The notes beneath the pieces are model-generated. The model was not told the DNA's origin. It did not search any database and saw only the letters and a program-made list of their open reading frames with translations. A DNA stretch of 32,000 nucleotides, from NCBI GenBank assembly GCA_048886185.1, contig JBHLKY010000010.1:138526-170525 (forward strand). The letters run 5' to 3'. Below, one piece after another: positions 9,471 to 18,524 of this stretch. Numbering within the stretch: position 1 is the stretch's first letter; each line of letters begins with the position of its first letter. A program made the translations under genes and the position numbers. The DNA is from Candidatus Hermodarchaeota archaeon. Lineage in GTDB: Archaea; Asgardarchaeota; Heimdallarchaeia; Hodarchaeales; Hodarchaeaceae.

Positions 9471-10286
9471 TTGAAAATCAATTTTCGAGAAGCTAAAAGT
9501 ATAATCACTAAGAGTAATATCCCATCGATTGATTATGTAATCAATCCTTATACAGGGTGTCAGCATGGGTGTATTTATTGTTACGCTGAATTTATGATTA
9601 GATTTACTGGCCATAAAGGGGACAAATGGGGAGAATTCTTAGATATAAAGGAATTTGACATTAATAGGATTAAGCCCGAGAAATATGAGGGAAGTAGGAT
9701 ACTATTAAGTTCTGTTACCGATCCTTATTTACCGTTGGAAAAAAAATATCGAAATACACGGAAAATACTAGAAAGACTTGTTGGAACTAATGCAGAAATC
9801 TCTGTTCTCACGAAATCAAAATTGGTCACCAGAGATATTGATTTGTTTACGAAGTTTAGAAATATTGAGGTTGGAATTTCAATAAGTACATTAGACGATG
9901 TTTTCGCAAGAAAAATCGAGCAAGGAGCATCGAAACCATTGGATCGGTTAGAAGCCCTTAGAACTGTCTCTGAAGCTGGGATACAAACTTACACTTTCAT
10001 TTCTCCATTTTTCCCAGAGATAACTGATTATAAAGCAATCATTGAAGAAGCCATTGATTATACTGACAATTTTATGTTTGAGAATTTAAACTTCAGACCT
10101 CATAATGTGCCAAGAATATTGAATATCATCAAAGAAAACTACCCTAAATTACTGGCTAAATACCAAGAGATTCGAAAAAATAGAACTTATTGGGATGTTT
10201 TAGAAACCAATATTTGCCATTTTTGTGACAAGAGGGGTTTCAAATACTCTATTGAATTTCATCATGGTGGATTCTCGAAAAGTTGA
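9471..10286 (+). CDS. Radical SAM protein, spore-photoproduct-lyase-like family
   Basis: INPYTGCQHGCIYCYA (CxxxCxxC), SSVTDPY, LTKS, ISISTLD and FISPFFP; TTG start. Confidence 0.88.
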   Translation: MKINFREAKSIITKSNIPSIDYVINPYTGCQHGCIYCYAEFMIRFTGHKGDKWGEFLDIKEFDINRIKPEKYEGSRILLSSVTDPYLPLEKKYRNTRKILERLVGTNAEISVLTKSKLVTRDIDLFTKFRNIEVGISISTLDDVFARKIEQGASKPLDRLEALRTVSEAGIQTYTFISPFFPEITDYKAIIEEAIDYTDNFMFENLNFRPHNVPRILNIIKENYPKLLAKYQEIRKNRTYWDVLETNICHFCDKRGFKYSIEFHHGGFSKS

Positions 10287-10511
10287 GTCCTTTTTATCCT
10301 CCTTTTTCAGATGATGCTAGCGATAATCAGAGAAATATTTGATCCTTGGAGTTTTATTCAGTGTAAGAACTTACAAAGTTTTTGAATCTGTGTTAATTTA
10401 GAATCCTGTGTATTTATTTCTGCTTTAACAAGAAAAAGTCAAATTAACACTTATCTTAGGGATTTATAATGTTAGAGATAGGAAAAGTTATTTAAATTAG
10501 CTGCAAGGATT

Positions 10512-11621
10512 TTAGCTGGAAATAGATACGATTCTATGGTCAGGTAAGAATGAAAAATACTTATTGATGAAAATTTCCGCTTTTGAGTATTGACTGATAA
10601 CAATGGAATCGAGATTTGAGCCAAATTCATTGAAAAACTCTTTGGTGAATTCTCTTAATGCAGATCGTAACAGTAGGGAGATTTTATCAGCAATTATAAA
10701 CGTAACTACATTTTGTAGAGCCTCAAAAATGAAAATATAATTATCTGTTTGTATACATCGAATTTTCTCAGTCTGAGCAATGATTGTTTGTACAAATTGA
10801 AGATTAGCGGTCATCAGATGGGGAATTAATGTATTAACGTCTGGTCCTTGTTTTTTAGCATCAAAAAGAACATCAAAAATTGATAAACCAATATCCAAAT
10901 TCATAACAGATAATCGGTAGACATTGAAGGGTAGGAGTCTCAACACTCTATCATCAATTACAATAACCAAAATAATAACAAGTATTCCTAATGCTAGGGC
11001 AAGAATTTCGATTCCCGATATAACCAATGAGAGCTTGGTGGCAATTAATATTCCAGGTCCAATGATAGGAGAAAGACAACCAAAGAAAAATAAATATGAA
11101 ACTCCTCGGAGACCCCATGGAATATAACGTAAAAATCGGCTGATTTCATATACTATAATCAAGGTCAGGCCAATTAACTCAATAACAAATATCAATCGAG
11201 AAAAATCAGTAAAATAAGGGCCAATCTCAGGATCCCATAGAAAAGTGTCAGGTACAATGCATAGTATAATACTAACACCAGTTCCGAAAGTAACTATCAT
11301 AGTGATAATGGTAGAAGGTTTTTCTGAACGTAATGACTCAATAAACATAACAAGAAGAAATGAAACAATTGTGACGAGAATTACACTCGCGCGATAAAGA
11401 ATAATTGTTAAATCTACATCATATAACCCCAGAGTATGTAAAAGGGTATGGTAGACGTAATAGGGTACAAGGATAATATGACTTGCCACTAGAAACAATA
11501 ACGGACCTGATTTCGTTTTTCGATAAACAGATATAGTTAGATAAAGACCAATAAATGTAATAATTAGCGAAATTAAAGCAATAATTGTGTATTGGATTTG
11601 ATTGTAAGTCAGTCCGTTCAT
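10512..11621 (-). CDS. Seven-TM membrane protein with a C-terminal longin-like domain (inferred)
   Basis: Seven hydrophobic segments in residues ~10-225. The soluble tail reads beta-beta-alpha-beta-beta-beta-alpha-alpha (YRLSVMN, GLSIFDVLF, LIPHLMTANLQFVQTI, IRCIQT, YIFIFE, VVTFIIAD, LRSALREFTKEFFNEF). Confidence 0.6.
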   Translation of the reverse strand: MNGLTYNQIQYTIIALISLIITFIGLYLTISVYRKTKSGPLLFLVASHIILVPYYVYHTLLHTLGLYDVDLTIILYRASVILVTIVSFLLVMFIESLRSEKPSTIITMIVTFGTGVSIILCIVPDTFLWDPEIGPYFTDFSRLIFVIELIGLTLIIVYEISRFLRYIPWGLRGVSYLFFFGCLSPIIGPGILIATKLSLVISGIEILALALGILVIILVIVIDDRVLRLLPFNVYRLSVMNLDIGLSIFDVLFDAKKQGPDVNTLIPHLMTANLQFVQTIIAQTEKIRCIQTDNYIFIFEALQNVVTFIIADKISLLLRSALREFTKEFFNEFGSNLDSIVISQYSKAEIFINKYFSFLPDHRIVSISS

Positions 11622-11741
11622 TGTTATAAAAAAACATGGATTATATAAAAGGATTATGAAATTTTACTTAGATTTTGATAATCGGTCTGTATTTCTAGCT
11701 GAAATTTCTTTCTTATGAAATACGTCTTATAATGATTTGAT

Positions 11742-12371
11742 TTATAATTTTACGAACAATGTTAACAATCCAGATAGAATACAACCCATTGCTAACATGA
11801 TGCTTGTGTAATCAGGAAAAGCTATGCTAATGCCGAGGGAGACAATTATAATTATCAAAACTAGTGACAGAACACGGTTTCGATTGGAGTGCCATAAAAG
11901 TAGAATTGCAATGATAAAGCCAATAGCTGTTGTACCAATCGGGAGAATGAGATTGATATATTCTGGAAAAACTATAGTAATTCCCAAGGTGAGGATGACG
12001 ATCATAAGGGAGATGAAGATTGAATAATTCTGCTGTGACCCTCTGGATAATTGATACACGATCAGGAAACCAAGAATGATAATTCCAACTGACAATAATG
12101 TCGGGATTTGTTCAGGGGGAATAAGCTCCGTAAACAGACCAATCAATCCTACAACTATATAAAAGATGCTAAAAATAATAGGGATTATACGAATCACTTT
12201 AGATAATCTTGTATGCTTTGGTTTGAAAGAGAAGATTTCATGTTCTACACTATCTTTTATCATATCGTCTTGAGTTACAATCCCTGATGTTGCATCAAAA
12301 CCGTGAGTACAAGTTGAACAAAAAACAGCTCCCTCTTGAATCTGTTTCCCACATTTCTCACAATAGGCCAT
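11742..12371 (-). CDS. Zinc-ribbon domain membrane protein
   Basis: YCEKCGKQIQEGAVFCSTC zinc ribbon followed by about six hydrophobic segments; GGTGA RBS 7 nt upstream. Confidence 0.8.
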   Translation of the reverse strand: MAYCEKCGKQIQEGAVFCSTCTHGFDATSGIVTQDDMIKDSVEHEIFSFKPKHTRLSKVIRIIPIIFSIFYIVVGLIGLFTELIPPEQIPTLLSVGIIILGFLIVYQLSRGSQQNYSIFISLMIVILTLGITIVFPEYINLILPIGTTAIGFIIAILLLWHSNRNRVLSLVLIIIIVSLGISIAFPDYTSIMLAMGCILSGLLTLFVKL

Positions 12372-12584
12372 TTATTAATCACCAAAAACCTATATCAAGC
12401 TATGATCTTTCTCTTATCAAACGATATGAATTATTGATTGATATACTTATGTAAGTAATGAGGCTGAATAATTCAAAGAGTATGTAACTTCATAGTTTCT
12501 TCATGATTAACCTCCATTTTTCTCATTCTATTAGCTAAAACTTCAATCGTAAATTTAATTATACTAAATATTAAATCGACAAGC

Positions 12585-13076
12585 ATGAAGGATTCAATAA
12601 TCAATACATTCAAACTTGGTTTAGTAGGGAAAGGAATACATGTCGACCCAAGAGAAGCGCTAAAAGAGTTATCTCCTGCGATAGCTCGAAAAAAACCCGA
12701 TAATAATGAAGGAGTTCATTCGTGTTGGGAGCTATTGCATCATATTGTTGTTTGGCAAGACGCAATGATTGAGGCTATTAAGGGAAATGATGTGGATTGG
12801 GGTGATATCGCGAAGACAAGGAATTGGCCATCTGAAGATATGCTAGCAGATGACGCTAATTTTACCAATTTAGTTCTTAAATTTGAAAAAGGAATTGAAG
12901 AGGCAAAAAAGCTAATAAAAAGCGTGAATTATTATGAGCTAATGCCAGCTTGGGAAAATCATCCAAAGATTCTAGGCATTAATGTGTTGTTACAACACAA
13001 TTCTTATCATATTGGTCAGATAGTTATTGTTAGGAAACTGTTAAAAGATCATCTACCCTCAAACCATTTTTTTTAA
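12585..13076 (+). CDS. DinB family protein
   Basis: HSCWELLHHIVVWQ and LQHNSYHIGQI (HxxxH). Confidence 0.85.
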   Translation: MKDSIINTFKLGLVGKGIHVDPREALKELSPAIARKKPDNNEGVHSCWELLHHIVVWQDAMIEAIKGNDVDWGDIAKTRNWPSEDMLADDANFTNLVLKFEKGIEEAKKLIKSVNYYELMPAWENHPKILGINVLLQHNSYHIGQIVIVRKLLKDHLPSNHFF

Positions 13077-13537
13077 TGATTATATGCATGATGTGTTGGA
13101 GTTACTTTTAGTCACGATTTGTATTAATTGATGATTAATTAGTTTCCTATGATGCAGGGTAAAAATTTTGACATGGAAATCGAATATTTTGAAACATAAT
13201 CCATAAAAATTTGATAAGTTGATGATATATGTTTGAAAATCGTAAGGGATAAAGAAAAAGCTGGAATGTAAACATTCTTTAAGAATAGGTATTCTTCCAA
13301 TCACTATAAGGATGTAGTTCATAGAATAATTCTGTTTTTTTCTAGTCTTACAAAATGTGGTACAAATTAATCAAAAGCCTTTTTCCTCTAGTAATTTGAT
13401 TACGTTTATCATGTATGGAATATGTATGTATAAAAAACCTTTTAAAAACATACAAGAAAAAAAAAGAAAAATTAGGTGTGTGAATAATTTACTCACACAC
13501 AAGGAGAAATAATCCCTGCTATTTTCATATATAGCTT

Positions 13538-13879
13538 TTAAGACTCCCAAAGACTTAATTCATTCCCAAAACAATCTTGAAAAACAGCAACAAACTCCTC
13601 ATTACCATAAGGATATTTCTCTTTAACTATTTTTCCACCCTTAAGAAGTACTTTTTCTGTGGTCGCGTCTATACTCTCAACCTCAATACCAATGTTTAAC
13701 CCTTTAGGACGAACTTTATCGGATTGGAAAATTCCTACTTGGACACATCCGTTTAGTTCATAGACACTAACACTAGAATACTTATTTCGGTTAAATTTCC
13801 ATCCAAAAACAGTTTCATAAAAGTTAATTCCTTTTTCAAGATCAGGAACAGGTATTTCAAAACCTATTCTATTTTTCAT
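13538..13879 (-). CDS. VOC/glyoxalase family protein
   Basis: FEIPVPDLEKGINFYETVFGWKF, VESIDATTEKVLLKGGKIV and FQDCFGNELSLWE; ATG 13879 follows a GAGGTG RBS. Confidence 0.9.
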   Translation of the reverse strand: MKNRIGFEIPVPDLEKGINFYETVFGWKFNRNKYSSVSVYELNGCVQVGIFQSDKVRPKGLNIGIEVESIDATTEKVLLKGGKIVKEKYPYGNEEFVAVFQDCFGNELSLWES

Positions 13880-14136
13880 AACAACACCTCTTTTTAGTGA
13901 ATGATTATAATTAACAATTGTTAACACTAAATTACTTTGGTTACGATTTTCGAAAAACAAGAGAAAAATCAGACAAGCATGGTTTTTCTAGTATACCTCA
14001 GAAATGGAGAGTCCCCCAACTTCATCTAAGTATAGTTGTTCTATATTCAGCATCCTCAAAATGAAAAAATCTTTATGGAAAGTATAAACAGATACTTCAC
14101 AACTTTTTCAGTAAGAAATTCCTTTCTTCAAATACT

Positions 14137-14189
14137 AAAGTAGTGGAGGAACGTTCGACTGGCGGTGGATCTCAGTTCCTCCATACTTT
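14137..14189. other. GC-rich intergenic stem-loop (structured RNA, terminator or operator)
   Basis: AAAGTA(G)TGGAGGAAC pairs with GTTCCTCCATACTTT (15 bp, one bulge) around a 22-nt interior; followed by a T run. Confidence 0.55.
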
Positions 14190-14293
14190 TTGAATGAGAT
14201 CAAAATTTAGGAAGATCTTCTATTCATCCTCGATTTCCTTAAAGTAATATAAAAAAACAGTACACGTTTCTCACTTTTTGAGAATGACCAATA

Positions 14294-14659
14294 ATGCGTG
14301 TAACTAATCCAGTCGTGATACAAGCATTACTTAAAGCACTAGCAGATACTAATAGTTCTAACATATTAGCTTTAATGGCATCTCAGCCCTTATCTGCAAT
14401 GGATATCGCGAAAGAAACAGATATTCCAATTTCCTCTGTTTATCGAAGAATTAGTCAATTAGAAGAACAAGGATTAATTGGTCTTGATCGTACCATCATA
14501 ACTCCAGAAGGAAAATCATTTAACAAGTATAAAGCATCATTCTCACAGGTCACTATTAAATTTATGGATGGTGATTTCTTAGTGGAAGTAGTTCCCAATA
14601 AAAAAATTCTCGAAAAAGCTGCCCAGTTGTTTTATTCAATTGGTAGGAGAAAAGAGTAA
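14294..14659 (+). CDS. Winged-helix (ArsR-like) transcriptional regulator
   Basis: ALLKALADTNSSNILALM, LSAMDIAKETDIPISSVYRRISQLEEQGLI. Confidence 0.85.
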   Translation: MRVTNPVVIQALLKALADTNSSNILALMASQPLSAMDIAKETDIPISSVYRRISQLEEQGLIGLDRTIITPEGKSFNKYKASFSQVTIKFMDGDFLVEVVPNKKILEKAAQLFYSIGRRKE

Positions 14660-14931
14660 TGGATACAATGATTAGCTTTCTTTCATCTATTGTAGCAATA
14701 TTTGCCGCTATTCCAGCGTTGTATTTTGCTATCAAACTCCGTTTCCAAAACAAAACATTTGCCATACTTTCAACTTTGCTTTTTCTTGTATTTTTTACTC
14801 ACTCCCTGAATCACTTGTTAATAGCCTTACACGCAACGCTTATGGCTATCATTATGGACACCATTACAGCTATAATCCTGTTTTTTTACGCATTTTATTA
14901 TTGGAAACTCTATCGGAGTCAAGAATTATGA
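14659..14931 (+). CDS. Small three-TM membrane protein
   Basis: Three hydrophobic segments; TAATG overlap with the upstream regulator. Confidence 0.75.
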   Translation: MDTMISFLSSIVAIFAAIPALYFAIKLRFQNKTFAILSTLLFLVFFTHSLNHLLIALHATLMAIIMDTITAIILFFYAFYYWKLYRSQEL

Positions 14932-15263
14932 ATGAAGAATTGCTAATTAGTATATTAGAATCAATAGGAGTGATTTTTCTGTTTGCATCTTTAATTATTT
15001 TCAGTATTATTATTTATCTTGAAATGAGAGGGGGAAATTTAGCATTCTCCAGCCATAACCTCTTCCTCGTATTATTGTTAACCTGTTGGTTGATTATTGA
15101 TCTAATTTCACCTTGGATATTTGGTTCTGAGACCATCTTGGAACATTTAACGCACGCTATCCTTTTAATCATTTTGACAATATGGATAAATATTCGATTC
15201 TTTTGGGCACATAAGAAGGCGAAAGAGATTATCGATTCAGAGTTGAGGATCCAGCTGCAATGA
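14928..15263 (+). CDS. Small three-TM membrane protein
   Basis: Three hydrophobic segments; ATGA overlap at 14928-14931 points to start 14928 (MNEELL). Confidence 0.75.
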   Translation: MNEELLISILESIGVIFLFASLIIFSIIIYLEMRGGNLAFSSHNLFLVLLLTCWLIIDLISPWIFGSETILEHLTHAILLIILTIWINIRFFWAHKKAKEIIDSELRIQLQ

Positions 15264-15405
15264 TGTAGATCTAAACTAAACTATCTAATTAACACTTTAG
15301 TATCTTCTCAAAAGCAGTTTTACCAGAAAGAAGGCTTCATAAATCTGTAACAGAATTTTAACTTTCTTATAGTGTTTCTATTATAGGAACATAATTTACT
15401 ACATT

Positions 15406-15822
15406 TCAGGCTTCTCTCCAATCCCATTTACCTGTTTTTAACCACCGACAGTAAGCCCAAATCCATGTTTGAATCATAATTGCGGCATCATAAGCTGTAT
15501 ATGAAAAATGCCAGTCCTTTTGAGGTCGGAGGTAACATATTTCTGTATGGCCATATTTGTCTGTTCTATGAATGTGGTGTGTTTTTGCTGCTAACCTTGG
15601 TTGGGTAATCCATGCCCGAGGTGGGGCTGTTGGATAAGTGTGAGGAAATTCGATTAAAACCGAAAACACTCCACATTTATAATGTCCAGTAGTAACATAT
15701 TTAACTTGGACACAGATATTTCCATTTTCCAATCTGTAAAAATCTTCTCTACTTAAAGAGGGGAAGACTCCTTGTAATTCATGAAGCTCCTGTTCAACAG
15801 TTCTGGTACGCATCTGTCTCAC
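15406..15822 (-). CDS. Prokaryotic E2/UBC-fold protein, paralogue B (catalytic Cys present)
   Basis: IEFPHTYPTAPPRAWI, HHIH...EICYL and W...TW..AY..W.KTGKW; likely ATG start at 15813. Confidence 0.82.
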   Translation of the reverse strand: MRQMRTRTVEQELHELQGVFPSLSREDFYRLENGNICVQVKYVTTGHYKCGVFSVLIEFPHTYPTAPPRAWITQPRLAAKTHHIHRTDKYGHTEICYLRPQKDWHFSYTAYDAAIMIQTWIWAYCRWLKTGKWDWREA

Positions 15823-16260
15823 TTATCTTAATAAATGATCCCAGAAACCTGCTTCTGGAAAGTCCCAATTGCCCGTTTTAGTCCATTGACAATATGCAGT
15901 AAGCCATGTTTCAATAAGTTTAGCTGCTTCATACGATGTAAACCGTGGGTACCAGTCTTTCTTAGGACGCAAATAACAGATTAGTGCATGACCTTCTTCA
16001 TCCCATTCATAGACATGAGGTACATTTTGAGGAATTTTAGGGTTTTGGATCCATGCTTTTGGAGCGCGGAAAGGATAATTGTAGGGGTATTCAATCAAGA
16101 TATCAAACAATCCACAAGCATATTTTCCCGTCGTAATAAAGCTAACTTGAACACAATAATTTCCATTCTTAAGCTTGTGAAAATCCTTTTGTTTTAAATC
16201 AGGAAAAAGTTTTCGAAGGGGTTCTATTTCACGCTCTGGGATAGTCTGTTTCAATAACAT
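15823..16260 (-). CDS. Prokaryotic E2/UBC-fold protein, paralogue A (catalytic Cys present)
   Basis: IEYPYNYPFRAPKAWI, PHVY...LICYL and TWLTAYCQWTKTGNW. Confidence 0.82.
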   Translation of the reverse strand: MLLKQTIPEREIEPLRKLFPDLKQKDFHKLKNGNYCVQVSFITTGKYACGLFDILIEYPYNYPFRAPKAWIQNPKIPQNVPHVYEWDEEGHALICYLRPKKDWYPRFTSYEAAKLIETWLTAYCQWTKTGNWDFPEAGFWDHLLR

Positions 16261-16280
16261 TTTGAGACCCTGTATTTATT

Positions 16281-17549
16281 TTACTTTTTAGATTCTTTTT
16301 CCTGATTTTGTTTATTTATCATCTGAGTACCATGAAAAGGACAATTCTTATCTTTTCCTAAGTCTTCATAGTAATAGAGTTCAAGCCCCTCAAATTTTAC
16401 TGACGAATTATCTTTTGTCATTATCGTTCGGTTAAACCACATATAGAAATTATGCGGAAACTGATATAGACCGTGTTTTATCTCTGTGAGAAGAACATCT
16501 AGACAAAATTTAGCAAGTAATACAGTTAAATTATCTATATCTAATCCTAATCCAGGTTGAGCTAGTTCTTCTTGTAATGTGCGATCGTAGCTTATTTGTT
16601 GTTCTAGTTCAACCATTGTTGGGATCGCTTGACTTTCTATACTTCCATTCATTCCTGGTTCAGAGTAAATACAATGGTAACAATAATCATCTTGTATAGG
16701 ATCAACTCTAAACATTAATCCTCCCTTAATCCCATCGAATGTTCCTGCATAGAGTACTGGAATCTTTAGTTGATTTGAATGGATAAAATCATTAATTTCA
16801 TAATTTACATCATGTTCCCCCGATACCGCAGCTATTAAATCAACCTCGTGGAGAATGTTGAAATAAAAGTCAAAATCAGCTTTGGTATGTAGATTGAATT
16901 TCTTCTCTACTGTTTTTATTCTCATATCAGGTATTCTTGCTTCAATATAATCTTGAACTGCCTTGGTTTTAAAGCGACCAAGATCAGCTAGATCACAGAT
17001 GTGCCTGATGATATTATGAGTTTCTAGTCGATCATTATCGATGAATATTAACTCCTTCACTCCTGATTTAGCGAGGTATAATGCTAATAAAGCCCCACCA
17101 GACCCCAAACCTATGATAGCAACCTTTTTTCCGTTCAATACCTTGATTGGAGTTTCTTTCTGATCAATTCGTACGAAAAGTCGACTAAGGTTCAAGTATT
17201 CAATCTCTACTTGTATATTTGAGTCTATAATGTCTATGTTATGAAAGATATCGGCCCTAAGGATTGATAAATCCTCTTTTACATAGACATGAAGATATGG
17301 ATATTCAATCGCCTTTGCTGTAATTATGGATTTTTCTACAGGTGTGTTAGAAATAGTTAAAAACCCTATTGGATATTCATTCTTTGATAAATTGAATCCT
17401 GTAAAATGGCATACAGTGAAATCATCATGAATCCTCCCATAAAGTAAATATGTTCTTTGATGAGATTTTAGATTATAAAATTGCCTTTCAAAAGAAGGAT
17501 AAATTATAATTTTCATGTATTTCACTTTAATCCTGACATCACTTTCCAT
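16281..17549 (-). CDS. E1/ThiF-family adenylyltransferase with an uncharacterised N-terminal domain
   Basis: VAIIGLGSGG, IDNDRLETHNIIRH, GRFKTKAV, CYHC and CPFH. About 125-aa N-terminal extension. Likely start is ATG 17516 (MKIIIY), 5 nt after the upstream stop. Confidence 0.92.
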   Translation of the reverse strand: MESDVRIKVKYMKIIIYPSFERQFYNLKSHQRTYLLYGRIHDDFTVCHFTGFNLSKNEYPIGFLTISNTPVEKSIITAKAIEYPYLHVYVKEDLSILRADIFHNIDIIDSNIQVEIEYLNLSRLFVRIDQKETPIKVLNGKKVAIIGLGSGGALLALYLAKSGVKELIFIDNDRLETHNIIRHICDLADLGRFKTKAVQDYIEARIPDMRIKTVEKKFNLHTKADFDFYFNILHEVDLIAAVSGEHDVNYEINDFIHSNQLKIPVLYAGTFDGIKGGLMFRVDPIQDDYCYHCIYSEPGMNGSIESQAIPTMVELEQQISYDRTLQEELAQPGLGLDIDNLTVLLAKFCLDVLLTEIKHGLYQFPHNFYMWFNRTIMTKDNSSVKFEGLELYYYEDLGKDKNCPFHGTQMINKQNQEKESKK

Positions 17550-18490
17550 AAAGGTTTCTTCATTATTTCGGGAACAGTTTCTTCTAAATTATCTTTGAGA
17601 AGTAGAAGAAACGGTTGAATTAGCTCCTCTTCATATAAAACATTAGCAGGGTGTTTTTCAATGGTAAACTTTCTAGATAGATCTTGTGAGGAGATATCGA
17701 TATAAATTTGACCATCTGGAAAGTTTGGTGGGAAGGAAATTAAAATTAGAAGATCTAGAATTCTGTTACTCCCCTGAGTTTCAATATCAACCCGAAACGG
17801 GAATGATAATATCTTTTCATCAAAGCTAGAGCCAATAAATTGATGAATATCCTTGATAGTAAATTGTGAATTAAAAACCTGTGTTAGTTCATGTTTTATC
17901 ATAGAGATTTGGCCTTCTGTGATCCCTGTCTCCTTTTTTGGTAAATCATCATCACCTGAAAAGAAGGAAATATTACTTTTTGGGATTCTATAAGTCCGAA
18001 AAATACTTTGTTCTTCCTCTTCAAGAGTTTTATTTCTTTGATATACTTCAACTATTAATTCATGATCTTCATCTGAGAAAGCATCGAAAATTATAGATAA
18101 AACAAGGTTTTTGTGAGGATTGAGTTTAAAGAATTCCTCTATTTGTTTATGATCCCCATAACTTGGCCCCCCATATCCGAGATGCTTATGCCAATTTCCA
18201 AGATAGAGCAATTTCTCATTATCTAGCATAAATCTTGCGTATTCTGGATTTATTTCAAAGTAAGAACTATTTCTCACACAATATTCATCTGATGGGATTT
18301 GTGTTTTCTCAATTTTAATTTCTAATCTTGATTCTACTTTCGTGATCGTTCCAAACATCATGCCCCCTGTTTCCTTCCTAGCCCATTTGGTACACTCTTC
18401 AAGCATCTCATCAATCATTCGATTAGATAAAGAGATAAATATGGATTCAGCTTGATTCTGAAACAAAGATGAAGTCTCCTTCCGATTCAT
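17522..18490 (-). CDS. JAB/MPN+ metalloprotease fused to a Cys-less UBC/RWD-like domain
   Basis: ETGG...LGNWHKHLGYGGPSYGD (E, HxH, S, D intact); C-terminal LLILISFPPNFP resembles the UBC/RWD FPxxYP turn. Confidence 0.88.
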   Translation of the reverse strand: MNRKETSSLFQNQAESIFISLSNRMIDEMLEECTKWARKETGGMMFGTITKVESRLEIKIEKTQIPSDEYCVRNSSYFEINPEYARFMLDNEKLLYLGNWHKHLGYGGPSYGDHKQIEEFFKLNPHKNLVLSIIFDAFSDEDHELIVEVYQRNKTLEEEEQSIFRTYRIPKSNISFFSGDDDLPKKETGITEGQISMIKHELTQVFNSQFTIKDIHQFIGSSFDEKILSFPFRVDIETQGSNRILDLLILISFPPNFPDGQIYIDISSQDLSRKFTIEKHPANVLYEEELIQPFLLLLKDNLEETVPEIMKKPLWKVMSGLK

Positions 18491-18524
18491 TGTTAAAAGA
18501 GAAAATAAAGAAGAAAATAAAATA

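Noticed and set aside
10390-10450. 10-bp inverted repeat GTGTTAATTT/AAATTAACAC between convergent genes
   Set aside because: AT-rich, with a 41-nt spacer; could arise by chance.
13080-13322. 80-aa minus-strand ORF
   Set aside because: No motif or RBS; neighbouring frames contain broken protein-like stretches, so at best an unidentifiable remnant.
14153-14160. GTTCGA T-loop-like motif suggesting a tRNA
   Set aside because: No T-stem, anticodon arm or acceptor stem can be built around it.
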